64,000 nt of DNA from Eubacteriales bacterium (GTDB lineage: Bacteria > Bacillota > Clostridia > Oscillospirales > CAG-272): the NCBI GenBank assembly GCA_045126855.1, contig JBGVPG010000008.1, positions 66,158 to 130,157 of the forward strand. The letters run 5' to 3'. Position numbers and translations under genes: made by a program. Shown here piece after piece: positions 27,952 to 38,181 of the stretch. A model generated the notes under the pieces. The model was given only the letters and a program-made list of their open reading frames with translations. It made no database searches and was not told the DNA's origin. The first letter of the stretch is position 1. Every line of letters begins with the position of its first letter.

Positions 27952-29145
27952 TTATCTCTTCTTATTCTTGGTGATGCAAGTGAAGGTGTTGCCGTAAACA
28001 CTCTCGTAGGTTGCCTCGCGAACAGGCTCAACAACGGGAGCTGCCTTGGGTGCCTCGGGAACGGGAGCGATCTCAACCTTGTTGAAACTCTCCTCGAAAG
28101 AGGGCATGGGAGCAGGAGCGGGCTGAGCAACAATGTTCTCGATGCTGGGAGCGGGTCTTGCGGGCTCGGGCTGCTTCTGATCAGCGTTCTCAGCGATGAA
28201 GCCGGTAGCGATAACGGTTACACGCATCTCATCCTGGAGTGTGGGATCGAATGCTGCACCCCAAATGATATTTGCATCGGGATGAGCCTCCTCGTAGATC
28301 ATGTTGGAAGCTGCGTCGATCTCGTCAAGCTGAATGTCCTCGGAAGCGGTGATGCTTACAAGTACGCCGGTAGCACCGGTAATGTTAGTCTCAAGAAGGG
28401 GAGAGGAAATTGCCTGCATTGCAGCAACCTGTGCCTTGTCGGTACCCTTAGCAGCACCAACACCCATGTGAGCGTAGCCTGCATTCTTCATGATAGAAGT
28501 AACGTCTGCAAAGTCAAGGTTGATGAATCCGGGAACGTTGATAAGCTCGGAAACAGACTGAACACCACGACGAAGAACGTCGTCTGCGATCTCAAATGCG
28601 TTAGCAAGAGTGATGTGAGTATCCTCAACCTGCTTAAGTCTTTCGTTAGGAATTACGATGAGAGAGTCAACGTACTTGGAGAGCTCTGCGATACCAAGCT
28701 CAGCCTGAGCGTATCTTCTCTTACCCTCGAAGGAGAAGGGCTTGGTTACGATACCAACTGTAAGAATACCCATCTCTCTGGAAGCCTTTGCGATAACGGG
28801 AGCTGCACCTGTACCGGTACCACCGCCCATACCTGCGGTAATGAATACCATGTCCGCGCCCTGAAGAGCATCGCGAACGGTCTCGATAGACTCCTCTGCA
28901 CTGCGCTTACCAACCTCGGGGTTAGCGCCTGCGCCCTTACCGTGGGTGATCTTGTCACCAATAACAAGCTTCTTAGCTGCACAAGAAGTATCGAGTGCCA
29001 TGCTGTCGGTGTTGATAGCAATAAACTCAACGCCACGGATGTTTGTGGAAATCATACGGTTAACAGCGTTGTTTCCGCCGCCGCCGACACCGATGACCTT
29101 TATATTAACACCACTGTCATATACCTGTTCGAAATCAAATTCCAT
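27952..29145 (-). CDS. ftsZ: cell division GTPase FtsZ
   Basis: start at ATG 29145 (GGAGG RBS); tubulin signature [14 protein letters not shown], disordered C-terminal linker. Confidence 0.95.
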   Translation of the reverse strand: MEFDFEQVYDSGVNIKVIGVGGGGNNAVNRMISTNIRGVEFIAINTDSMALDTSCAAKKLVIGDKITHGKGAGANPEVGKRSAEESIETVRDALQGADMVFITAGMGGGTGTGAAPVIAKASREMGILTVGIVTKPFSFEGKRRYAQAELGIAELSKYVDSLIVIPNERLKQVEDTHITLANAFEIADDVLRRGVQSVSELINVPGFINLDFADVTSIMKNAGYAHMGVGAAKGTDKAQVAAMQAISSPLLETNITGATGVLVSITASEDIQLDEIDAASNMIYEEAHPDANIIWGAAFDPTLQDEMRVTVIATGFIAENADQKQPEPARPAPSIENIVAQPAPAPMPSFEESFNKVEIAPVPEAPKAAPVVEPVREATYESVYGNTFTCITKNKKR

Positions 29146-29351
29146 TTTTAAACCTCCATCATTATTACTGATTTGTTTCAACATATAGTATTTATTTTAA
29201 AATTATTTATCTTCTATAGTATATCATAACTGTTTTTTAAATGCAATAGATTTAAAATATTTTGGCTATCAATTAACAAATTACAACCAAAATCTAAATT
29301 AAAAGCAGGGCAGAAAAATAAATATGAACAATTCGCATCGAAGCAAAAAGC

Positions 29352-29389
29352 AAAAAAACAAATAGGCGGATAAAAAACCGCCTATTTGT
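29352..29389 (-). terminator. intrinsic terminator after murG (separates murG from ftsZ)
   Basis: 12-bp stem ACAAATAGGCGG / CCGCCTATTTGT overlapping murG stop, T-run on minus strand. Confidence 0.7.
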
Positions 29390-30488
29390 TCCCATTTTTT
29401 AGCAATTCCAACTCGTTTATGATATCTTTAGCTGCGTTTGGGGTTGAAAGCTCTTTTAAAATTTTTGCCCTCTTTTTTCGTCCGTTTTTGTCGTTTTTTA
29501 TGTCTTTTATGGCATTTATTACCACTTCTTTGCTGAGATTTTTCTCCTCAATCAGTATTGCACCGCCTTTTTCGCTAAGATGGCGTGCATTCAGGTATTG
29601 GTGGTTGCCTGTGACGTTTGGTGAAGGTATCAGAATGGCTGTTGTTCCTGCCTCGCATATCTCGGATAATGTCATTGCTCCGCTGCGGCATATAACCAGA
29701 TCGGCAGCCTTAATATAGGTCGGCATATCTTCGATGTAGTCTTTTATTCTGCATCCGTTGGTGTTGAAGCTTTTGCTTTGTTTATCCATAGCGGCATAAT
29801 ATTTTTCACCGGTGCAATGAACGTGACGTGTGTTCTTTTCCTTCGAGGTGTATTCCTTCATAATCGAAATCATAATTTCGTTTATTATTTTTGCTCCGCC
29901 ACTTCCGCCAAAGGATAGAATGAAAAAATCATCATTATTTAGCCCGAGCTTTCTTCTGGCAAATTCTCGGGTTGTTTTTTTGAATTCCTTTCTTATAGGA
30001 TTACCTACGATTCTTATTTTCGTTTTTTTAGATAGATACGACGTTGTATCCTTTCGGTTCAGGAATACCACGTTACATTTTCTGCTAAGGAGCCTTGTGG
30101 TCAGACCGGGAGTTATGTTGGACTCGTGAATAGCAACGGGAATATTCATTGATTTTGCTGCGCTTATTACCGGCCAACAAACGTATCCACCCGTGCCAAG
30201 AACTACGTCGGGAGCAAACTCGGCGATGATCTCTTTCGCTTTTTTTCTCGCTTCTATGGCTATCTTCATTCTTTTTACGTTTTCTATGCTTACTGACCTT
30301 TTTATCCCTTTAACCGCAAGAGTTTCAAGTTTGATACCTGCATTGACGACCGCACGGTTTTCGCCACCATCGGTTCGCCCGATAAATAGAATTTCACTTT
30401 TGGGTGTTTCCTCGCGTAATTCCTCGGCAATAGCGATTGCCGGACTAACGTGCCCTGCCGTTCCTCCACCGCATAGTATTATTCTCAT
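29382..30488 (-). CDS. murG: UDP-N-acetylglucosamine--lipid I transferase
   Basis: 368 aa; GGTAGHVSPAIA motif; dcw position. Confidence 0.9.
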   Translation of the reverse strand: MRIILCGGGTAGHVSPAIAIAEELREETPKSEILFIGRTDGGENRAVVNAGIKLETLAVKGIKRSVSIENVKRMKIAIEARKKAKEIIAEFAPDVVLGTGGYVCWPVISAAKSMNIPVAIHESNITPGLTTRLLSRKCNVVFLNRKDTTSYLSKKTKIRIVGNPIRKEFKKTTREFARRKLGLNNDDFFILSFGGSGGAKIINEIMISIMKEYTSKEKNTRHVHCTGEKYYAAMDKQSKSFNTNGCRIKDYIEDMPTYIKAADLVICRSGAMTLSEICEAGTTAILIPSPNVTGNHQYLNARHLSEKGGAILIEEKNLSKEVVINAIKDIKNDKNGRKKRAKILKELSTPNAAKDIINELELLKNGNK

Positions 30489-30500
30489 CTTTTCTCCTTT

Positions 30501-31661
30501 CTATTTCGAGATTGTCGCCTTCCGTGATACCGAAAGGACGATACCCATCTCCAGAAAAAGCATTATCAAGGACGAACCGCCGTAACTGAAGAAGGGAAGA
30601 GATATTCCTGTGTTTGGGATAGTGTTTGTCACAACCGCAACGTTTAGTAACGCCTGCACAGCCATTTTTATCGAGATACCAAGCACTAGAAGTCTATCGT
30701 ATTTATCTTCGGCACGAAGCGCAACGTGGCATCCGCGAGCTATAAGTAATGCGAATAGCAAAAGCGCAAGGGCTGCTCCAACAAGTCCCAGCTCCTCGCA
30801 GAGAATTGCAAATATCATATCGTTGGCAGGCTCGGAAACGTAGCAATGCTTCAATAGGCTTTGCCCGTATCCAACGCCGAAAAGTCCTCCTGATCCTATT
30901 GCCATTAACCCTTGCAGGGTTTGCCAGCCACCCGTGAGCTTGTATGCCTCCGGGTCTTGCCATACGGTGATTCTCTCTTTTGTGTAATCCGTAAGAAATG
31001 CAAGCGCGCAAACACCTATTACCGCTAAAAGGCAAAATGCGTATATGTATTTAGGGTTTACCCCTGAAATAAAAATCATCAAGAGACCGATCGTACCGAG
31101 AATAATAATACACGATAGATGCTTTTGCAGCATAACGAGAATTATTGGTGCGAGCATTATAAGGCAAGGAATAAGCGTTCCGTATATCAGAATATTGCTT
31201 TGCTTTTTTCTATCGGTTGCTTTTTCCTCGTTGCTTGAAAAATAAAGCGAAAGCATCATTACCATTGAAAGCTTTGCTATCTCCGATGGTTGGATAGTAA
31301 TGGGACCGAGAGAGATCCAGCGCTGGGCTCCGTTACCAACAAGTCCAACTGCAAGAACCAGAGCAAGAAGACCGAGGGTCAGAATATAGAAATGTGGAGT
31401 ATATTTTTTATAGTATTTGCTATCTATCATAGAGGCAAAATACATAGTTACAAATCCGAGGATCAGCCATATGGCCTGCCTTTTGACAAAATAGTATTGG
31501 TCGTTGTATCTTGCCTCAGCGTATGCCGTTCCGGCGCTGAAAACCATCAGCGTACCGTAAAGGGTTATCATAATCACGAGAAGGGCAAATAATGCGTCTG
31601 CCCGTCCTTCGCCTTTCTTTAGTACGGGAAATCTCATATCAGTAAATAAATGCCGCGACAA
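30501..31661 (-). CDS. ftsW: SEDS-family lipid II polymerase FtsW/SpoVE
   Basis: 386 aa polytopic; between mraY and murG; start may be ATG 31637 instead (track start overlaps mraY by 23 nt). Confidence 0.85.
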   Translation of the reverse strand: MSRHLFTDMRFPVLKKGEGRADALFALLVIMITLYGTLMVFSAGTAYAEARYNDQYYFVKRQAIWLILGFVTMYFASMIDSKYYKKYTPHFYILTLGLLALVLAVGLVGNGAQRWISLGPITIQPSEIAKLSMVMMLSLYFSSNEEKATDRKKQSNILIYGTLIPCLIMLAPIILVMLQKHLSCIIILGTIGLLMIFISGVNPKYIYAFCLLAVIGVCALAFLTDYTKERITVWQDPEAYKLTGGWQTLQGLMAIGSGGLFGVGYGQSLLKHCYVSEPANDMIFAILCEELGLVGAALALLLFALLIARGCHVALRAEDKYDRLLVLGISIKMAVQALLNVAVVTNTIPNTGISLPFFSYGGSSLIMLFLEMGIVLSVSRKATISK

Positions 31662-32592
31662 CGCTGAGGAGCAAGGTCGCTATCGTTGCAGAAATGCAGA
31701 TCTTGTTTTCGCTTAAACCGCATTTTTCAAGATGGTGATGAAGGGGAGCCATTTTAAACAGTCTCTTTTTCGTCATCTTGTAGAAAACAACCTGAAGAAT
31801 TACGGAGAGCCCCTCAATAGCGTATACGCCTCCAAGAAAGAGGATAATCGTTGGATTGCCAAAGGTGAAGGCCAGAGCGCAGGTTAGTCCACCGAAAAAT
31901 AAAGATCCCGTATCTCCCATAAAAATTTTTGCCGGATGGCGGTTGTAAAACAAAAATCCAAGAGCAGTGCCAATAATTGCGGCAGAAATGGGAGCGATGG
32001 ATGCATTGCGATTAGCACCCAGAATGACAAATGCAAAACCTATGGTCAAAGCAACCGATGATGCAAGACCGTCAATTCCGTCGGTGAGGTTGGCACAATT
32101 AGTTGTACCAAGAATAATGAGTATGGCTAACGGATAGTATAACCAACCAAGCTCAATATTTCCAAAGGAAAAATTGAGATGAGTCTCGTCACCGAGAAAA
32201 TGCCTTCGTGCCATAAGGAATACTATTGCGATCAGTAATTGGAGTATTAGCTTCTCGTAAGGCTTCAGTCCACCGTTTGCTTTTCTTTTTAGCTTGGTCA
32301 GATCGTCCATAATTCCGACCATCGAATTTGCGACGGCAAATGCCACGGCGATTAATATAGAAGCAACTGTGGTTTGATCGGGTTTTGAAAATAACAGATA
32401 GAGCATCAAGGAGATGGCAACGGAAATAATAAACACGATACCACCCATTGTTGGTGTGCCGGACTTTACCATGTGCCAGGAAGGACCTTCCTCATAAATA
32501 GGCTGGGCAGCACGGGATCTGAGGTAGGGAATAATCTTTCGTTCTATTACAAGGGTAAGTAAAAGGGAAATTAAAAAGGTAATTATTATCAT
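31639..32592 (-). CDS. mraY: phospho-N-acetylmuramoyl-pentapeptide transferase
   Basis: 317 aa, 10 TM; NLTDGIDGLA, MGDTGSL, HHHLE motifs. Confidence 0.95.
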   Translation of the reverse strand: MIIITFLISLLLTLVIERKIIPYLRSRAAQPIYEEGPSWHMVKSGTPTMGGIVFIISVAISLMLYLLFSKPDQTTVASILIAVAFAVANSMVGIMDDLTKLKRKANGGLKPYEKLILQLLIAIVFLMARRHFLGDETHLNFSFGNIELGWLYYPLAILIILGTTNCANLTDGIDGLASSVALTIGFAFVILGANRNASIAPISAAIIGTALGFLFYNRHPAKIFMGDTGSLFFGGLTCALAFTFGNPTIILFLGGVYAIEGLSVILQVVFYKMTKKRLFKMAPLHHHLEKCGLSENKICISATIATLLLSVVAAFIY

Positions 32593-32599
32593 TTTTCCT

Positions 32600-33931
32600 C
32601 TAGTTAAAGTAATCTATAATCCGTTCAAGTCTGACCGAGCGTGAAGCCTTCATATAGATCACTTCGTTGTTTTGACAGAATCGTTTTATTTGATCTGCGG
32701 TAATTTCGGGAGAAGTAAGATCCTCGTTAACGTGAATAAACTCAGGAGGAAATCCCGTGCTCTCTAGTCCATAAAGCAGATACCTTGCATTTTCTCCGAA
32801 TAGGAAAACGTGTCTGAAAGACGCCTCTCCCACGGCCACGCCTACCATGCGATGTATTGCCTCACAGTATTCTCCAAGCTCTAAGATGTCTCCGATTACA
32901 ACCGAACTCTCGCCAAGTTTTTTATGAAGATTTGCGGTTTCGATAAGTGCCAGAACAGACTCGTATGATGAATTGTAACAATCTGCAACAAAATGGTATC
33001 CGGACCTGCAAATCGTTGTCTGCCGGGTATTATCTGTCGAAATCTGTAATGTTCCTGTCCCCAGCTCCTCGGGCAGCATTCCTAAAAACGAACCCAATGA
33101 GGTGGCGAATGCCAACGCCTTCAGGTGATGACTTTCGCATAAAGCAAAGGGAGAGCGATAGATTTCATCACCACCGTTGAAAAGAATAGCATCTCCGTCC
33201 TGGTAAATCAGCGTATAGTCTGCATCAAGGCTCTCATGTGATACGGTGGATCTTCCTGCTCCGGGCTTCAAAAGAGGCTCACCGAGGGGGATGAAAAGCT
33301 GACCGTTAGTCATTCCTTTCAGTACCTCTAATTTTGCCTCTGCAATAGCCTCTCTGCTACCCAGATTACCGATATGTGAGCTTCCGATATTAGTGATTAT
33401 TCCAATATCAGGCTCGAGGCATTTCGATAGCCCCTCTATCTCTCCAAGATGATTCATTCCCATTTCCATAAGGAGAATTTGTGTATCCCATGGGGCAGAA
33501 AGAATCGACATTGGAAGACCAATATGATTGTTGTAGTTCCCCTCGTTTGAGTGAACCTTAAAGCGTTCGGACAAAATGATTTTCGTGAACTCTTTAGTGG
33601 TTGTTTTTCCAACACTTCCCGTAATTGCTATCTTATATAATATATAAGGAAGCTTTTTGATGTAATTCTTAGCAAGGGTTGGTAAAACTTCGGTATCATC
33701 GCTAATCTCAATGCTTGAACCCGTTTGAGAGAAAACAACGAAAGCGCCGATGCTTTTTGCTTCCTCGATATATTTCCTTCCATCGGCTATGGCAACAAAT
33801 AGGTCTCCGGGAAATAAGTCACGAGTGTCGGTTGAAATATGCGTTATTAACCTATCAGCGACGTTGAGCTCTCCTGACAGGCAATCGGCAACGAAGGACA
33901 GTTTGAATGGTATTCCAAGCTTTATTCGCAT
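32600..33931 (-). CDS. murF: UDP-MurNAc-tripeptide--D-Ala-D-Ala ligase
   Basis: 443 aa; P-loop ITGSVGKTTTKE; Mur ligase middle/C domains. Confidence 0.9.
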   Translation of the reverse strand: MRIKLGIPFKLSFVADCLSGELNVADRLITHISTDTRDLFPGDLFVAIADGRKYIEEAKSIGAFVVFSQTGSSIEISDDTEVLPTLAKNYIKKLPYILYKIAITGSVGKTTTKEFTKIILSERFKVHSNEGNYNNHIGLPMSILSAPWDTQILLMEMGMNHLGEIEGLSKCLEPDIGIITNIGSSHIGNLGSREAIAEAKLEVLKGMTNGQLFIPLGEPLLKPGAGRSTVSHESLDADYTLIYQDGDAILFNGGDEIYRSPFALCESHHLKALAFATSLGSFLGMLPEELGTGTLQISTDNTRQTTICRSGYHFVADCYNSSYESVLALIETANLHKKLGESSVVIGDILELGEYCEAIHRMVGVAVGEASFRHVFLFGENARYLLYGLESTGFPPEFIHVNEDLTSPEITADQIKRFCQNNEVIYMKASRSVRLERIIDYFN

Positions 33932-35376
33932 TATCTAAGCGACCTTCTTTCTGCCAGGGCGGTGCGGATCGTTTCGCTCTCGCTGTAATCGTGATATCCG
34001 GATTGATCAATGTAATATCTCTCTACGCCTTTGCCTATCACCGCTACAAGGTCGCCTTCGTCTGCGCTTAACACGGCGGTTCTTATGGCTTCTTTTCGGT
34101 TTTCAACGACGCGATAATTTCCACCCTCAAATCCTCGGGTAATGTCCCATATAATATCCTTTATATCCTCGCTTCTTGAGTTGTCTGAGGTAACTATCAC
34201 ACGATCTGCATATTTTTCTGCTATTTTTGCCATTTGGGGACGCTTTTCTTTATCTCTGTTCCCACCGCAACCAAATACAACGGTAAGCTTTTTGTTTGCC
34301 TTGACTGCGCTAAGCTCCTTCATAATATTTCTGAAGGCTGAAATTGTGTGCGCATAATCTATTATTACCGAAACCTCGTCGTTTATTATCTCAAAACGAC
34401 CGGGCAGGGCGGAGATTTCTCCAATAATCCTTTTAACCTCGCAGGGGCGACACCCCATATCAATGCAAACTGTTGCCGCCAGCATTGAATTATACACGTT
34501 ATATATTCCTGCGGTGTTCAGAGCCATTCTGAAGGAAAAGTTGTTTTGGTGGTATATATAACTCAGGCCTTTTAATCCGTTGTTTTCAATATTGCTTGCC
34601 CAAGCATCTCCGCGCCATAGTATTCCGGTGGATATTCTTTTTCGTTCAAAAAGATTATACATTCGTTTTCCATAGTCGTCATCGATATTGAAAACTCCGC
34701 ACTTGCAGCTCGAAAACAGCTTAGCCTTTGACTGAAAATATCCTTCCATATCGGTGTGAAAATCTAAGTGCTCATGGGATAGGTTGGTAAAAACACCGTA
34801 ATCAAAGCTAAGCGGAGCCAGCTTGTCAAGAGCGAGAGCGTGGCTGGAGACCTCCATAATTATAGCGTTGCAGCCCTCACGGATCATCTCTGCAAGGGAC
34901 TTATAGAGAAGAGGAGGATCTGGCGTTGTCATAGAATAATACTTATCAGTTAACGTTTTCCCCATGATCTCTATTTTACCCGTTCCGATCATGCCGACCT
35001 GATATCCGATTTCGCAAAGCACGTTTTTTATAAATTCTGCCGTAGTACCTTTTCCGTTTGTTCCCGTAACCCCAATGAGCTTTACCCCCTCTAGGTTTAC
35101 ACCCTCGTATCGATAAAAGGCTCTTGACATAGCGAGCCTTGGGTTTTCAACTCGAATCGTAGGAATAATGTGGGGCAGAACGGCATTTTGATCGCAAATT
35201 ACTGCGAGCGGTGGATTCTTATCTATGTTATGAGAAAGCTTTAATGAGTTTGGTATTATCAGAATATCGCCCGAGGTAACTTCGCTCGGATTTACTGTAA
35301 GACGATCGAACTCAAGATCATCATTTACTTCGGAATACAGGTATTCTCCCTTAAAAATAATATCACTTATTTTCAT
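33931..35376 (-). CDS. murE: UDP-MurNAc-L-Ala-D-Glu--diamino acid ligase
   Basis: 481 aa; GVTGTNGKGTT, DYAHT, GCGGNRD motifs. Confidence 0.9.
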   Translation of the reverse strand: MKISDIIFKGEYLYSEVNDDLEFDRLTVNPSEVTSGDILIIPNSLKLSHNIDKNPPLAVICDQNAVLPHIIPTIRVENPRLAMSRAFYRYEGVNLEGVKLIGVTGTNGKGTTAEFIKNVLCEIGYQVGMIGTGKIEIMGKTLTDKYYSMTTPDPPLLYKSLAEMIREGCNAIIMEVSSHALALDKLAPLSFDYGVFTNLSHEHLDFHTDMEGYFQSKAKLFSSCKCGVFNIDDDYGKRMYNLFERKRISTGILWRGDAWASNIENNGLKGLSYIYHQNNFSFRMALNTAGIYNVYNSMLAATVCIDMGCRPCEVKRIIGEISALPGRFEIINDEVSVIIDYAHTISAFRNIMKELSAVKANKKLTVVFGCGGNRDKEKRPQMAKIAEKYADRVIVTSDNSRSEDIKDIIWDITRGFEGGNYRVVENRKEAIRTAVLSADEGDLVAVIGKGVERYYIDQSGYHDYSESETIRTALAERRSLR

Positions 35377-35378
35377 AA

Positions 35379-37622
35379 TTAATCCTCGAAATTATTTTCT
35401 ATTGCCCTGATTGTAATAACGCTTCCGTGCTTTGCCATCATATCAGGAGGTAGAGATTGCTCAAATACAACGTCGTCTGCGTTGGGGAAATGGGCGGAAT
35501 TGCCTAAGAGTCTGATGTTGAAGCCATGGCTTAGAGCAAGCATAATTGCTTCGGTCAGACTTAGACCCCTGAGGTTTGGAACCTTTATATTGACCGGAGA
35601 AGTGTTACTTGTATACAGTATTACTTTTGATAATGCCGTGGTGATGATGTCACCACCGCTCGGGGTTTGTGCCAGAACAACCGATCCGTCGCCGACTATT
35701 TCATAGGCGATACCAAGCCTTTTTAACTCTGTCTCGGCTGCTTTTACGCTGAGTCCAACGTAATTTCCTACGCTGATATTTACGTTTTCTGCCGTCGATT
35801 TGTACTCAAGGTAGGGAAGTACCTTTTCCATCAGTGCGGATATGTACGGAGCTGCTACAACACTTCCGTACTTTACGTTTGAATTTGGCTCGTCGACGAC
35901 AATAATTGCTGATATACCCTTATCACCGTCAATGGAATATGCTACCGTTGAACCAATGCGCAGATATGAATTACCATTCTCGTCCAGAACGTCGAATTTT
36001 TGTGAGGTACCTGTTTTTGCGGCAATATCGTACCCGATGACACCTGCGTTCTTTGCGCCTCCATTTCCGTTTACACCCTCCACCAGAATATCCGAGACGG
36101 TCTTTGCTACGTTCTCGGAGACCACGGTCCTTCTCGCATCGCTTTCGTGAGTTGAGATAATTCTGCCTTTATTGTCAATGACCTGTTCAACCACGTATGG
36201 GGTTACTAGCCTTCCTCCGTTTGCTACTGCAGAAATTGCCGTAAGGTGGTTAATTATGGAAACCTTGAAGCGCTGACCAAATGAGGCTGTGGCAAGCTCG
36301 GTTGATCCGATGTTTTCTTCCTTATGGAATATTGTCGTCGCTTCGCTTGGCAGATCAATTCCGCTTTTTTCAAAATAACCGAATTTCGCTACGTAATCGT
36401 AGAAATTGCTTGCGCCTATTCTTTCCGCCAGCGTCATCATACAAGGGTTGCAGGACATTTGTAAACCGTATGCCAGGTTGAATCCTGATCCATGTCCCGT
36501 CGTTTTATGGCACTTGATCTTCCAGCCGCCGACCTGGTGATATCCCTTGCAGGAGAAGGTGCTGTTCACGGTTGCTACACCAAGGTCCAGCGCTGCGGAA
36601 ACGGTTACTATTTTAAAGGTTGATCCGGGCTCGTAGGTTTCACTTACTGCTTTGTTTGACCACATAATCTGCAGAAGCTCGTTTCTGTATTTTTTGTATT
36701 CGTCCGTTCCGTTGACAAGCCCCGAGCTCGCAAGCTTTTCCTGGGATTGTGCGTCAAGGGTAAAGGGGGAGTTGGGATCAAAGGGCGAGGTGGTTGCCAT
36801 AGCAAGAATTGCGCCCGTTGTGGTGTCCATAACTATGCCACAAACTCTGTTTTGCGCTCCGTGATTTACCCGTGCGGTTTCAATGATCGTCTCCAGCTCG
36901 GATTGAATATAGGAATCTATGGTGGTTACTATACTGTAACCGTCCTCTGCCGGGATGTAGTCGGTATATTCGGTATCCAGTGCTCTTCCGCCTGCATCCT
37001 TGGCATAAAGGTAATATCCGTCTTCACCTGACAGAATATCGTCGTAATAATATTCAAGGCCGTACAGTCCCTGACCATCGCTTCCCGTGAATCCGAGGAC
37101 GTGTGCAGCAAGAGTACCCTCAGGGTAGCTTCTCGAGGTTTCGGCTTCTGTGTAAATAAGCTTTTCCAAGGACTCCTTCTTCATAAATTCAAGAACTTTA
37201 AGGTATTCCTCTTCAGAAACAGCCCTTTTGATTGTAACGTCAAGCACAGAGGATCCCTTGATCTTTTCGTATAGCTTTTCTGCATCAAGAGATAAAATGG
37301 GTGATACCCCGTCTGCAATAATTCGGCAATAGTCGACGCCTTGCTCTTTTTCTGCCTTTTTAATATCTCTTGTGGACACGAAAACACGCCAGACCGTGTC
37401 GCTTTTTGCAAGTATATTCATATTTGAATCATAGATTTTTCCGCGCTCCGCCTTCAGCACCGAAGAGGTGGTTATCTGGTCATAAGTGCGATCTCTATAA
37501 TAATCGTGCTTTATATAGCATAGCCTGAATATATTGACAAGCAAAAATAAAGCCATAAAGGAAAACAGCAGCATGACTGCTACCACTCGTTTGCCGGTTA
37601 AACTCTTGATCTTTTGACTCAT
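35379..37622 (-). CDS. class B penicillin-binding protein (FtsI/PBP2B/SpoVD type) with two PASTA domains
   Basis: 747 aa; N-terminal TM, STFK, SCN, KTGT motifs, two C-terminal PASTA repeats. Confidence 0.9.
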   Translation of the reverse strand: MSQKIKSLTGKRVVAVMLLFSFMALFLLVNIFRLCYIKHDYYRDRTYDQITTSSVLKAERGKIYDSNMNILAKSDTVWRVFVSTRDIKKAEKEQGVDYCRIIADGVSPILSLDAEKLYEKIKGSSVLDVTIKRAVSEEEYLKVLEFMKKESLEKLIYTEAETSRSYPEGTLAAHVLGFTGSDGQGLYGLEYYYDDILSGEDGYYLYAKDAGGRALDTEYTDYIPAEDGYSIVTTIDSYIQSELETIIETARVNHGAQNRVCGIVMDTTTGAILAMATTSPFDPNSPFTLDAQSQEKLASSGLVNGTDEYKKYRNELLQIMWSNKAVSETYEPGSTFKIVTVSAALDLGVATVNSTFSCKGYHQVGGWKIKCHKTTGHGSGFNLAYGLQMSCNPCMMTLAERIGASNFYDYVAKFGYFEKSGIDLPSEATTIFHKEENIGSTELATASFGQRFKVSIINHLTAISAVANGGRLVTPYVVEQVIDNKGRIISTHESDARRTVVSENVAKTVSDILVEGVNGNGGAKNAGVIGYDIAAKTGTSQKFDVLDENGNSYLRIGSTVAYSIDGDKGISAIIVVDEPNSNVKYGSVVAAPYISALMEKVLPYLEYKSTAENVNISVGNYVGLSVKAAETELKRLGIAYEIVGDGSVVLAQTPSGGDIITTALSKVILYTSNTSPVNIKVPNLRGLSLTEAIMLALSHGFNIRLLGNSAHFPNADDVVFEQSLPPDMMAKHGSVITIRAIENNFED

Positions 37623-37634
37623 TGATTCCTCGAA

Positions 37635-37676
37635 AATAAAAAAATATAGCGACAGACAAAAAGTCTATCGCTATAT
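37635..37676 (-). terminator. strong intrinsic terminator inside the dcw cluster (before pbp)
   Basis: 14-bp stem ATATAGCGA(T/C)AGAC with TTTTT loop, followed by TTTTTTTATTTT on minus strand. Confidence 0.7.
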
Positions 37677-37720
37677 CTTATTTACAGAAGGAGAGAATTA
37701 TGAGAAGATAGAAAAATCAA

Positions 37721-38167
37721 TTATCTGAAAAGATCCTCTACAAATCCAACTCCGTTGTTTTCTGCCTGCTCGGTGATAACTGTATCGTTAGCAACGGGCT
37801 TCTGATTGTTCATGGACTTTGCTCCAATAAGAACAAAGGAAAGAAGGAATGCACACGCTACACTTGCGGTAAGGAATGCGGAAGCGGATGCACGGAAGGG
37901 AAAGGCTCTGATAGTCTTATCCTTTACAGGGGGCTGCTTAATTGTGAGCTTATCGTCAACGAAGGATACGATGTTAGAAACTGCAACCTCGCTTCTGGTT
38001 ACGGCAGTCTGAACCGCAACGGGAAGGGCAGTAGTCTCGGTCTTCTTGCTGTCGGCTCTCATAAGCATGTACTCGCCGAGAGTGTATTCGGTATCGTTCT
38101 GAGAAACAGTAAATCTCTGCTTCATATTGTTATAAAGCTTATCGTAATTGTTAGTTGTCTGTGTCAT
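37721..38167 (-). CDS. hypothetical single-TM protein occupying the ftsL position
   Basis: 148 aa; one hydrophobic helix near residues 100-125 (SAFLTASVACAFLLSFVLIGA); no FtsL-like topology. Confidence 0.6.
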   Translation of the reverse strand: MTQTTNNYDKLYNNMKQRFTVSQNDTEYTLGEYMLMRADSKKTETTALPVAVQTAVTRSEVAVSNIVSFVDDKLTIKQPPVKDKTIRAFPFRASASAFLTASVACAFLLSFVLIGAKSMNNQKPVANDTVITEQAENNGVGFVEDLFR

Positions 38168-38181
38168 TTTCTTATCTCCTC

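Noticed and set aside
28282-29151. 289-aa plus-strand ORF inside ftsZ
   Set aside because: It is a codon-aligned shadow of ftsZ. The same explanation applies to 699-1535 (ligA), 3117-4058 (topoisomerase), 10922-11764 (GH3), 17612-18517 and 18947-19603 (peptidases), 23815-24783 (recD2) and 45371-46090 (uxaC).
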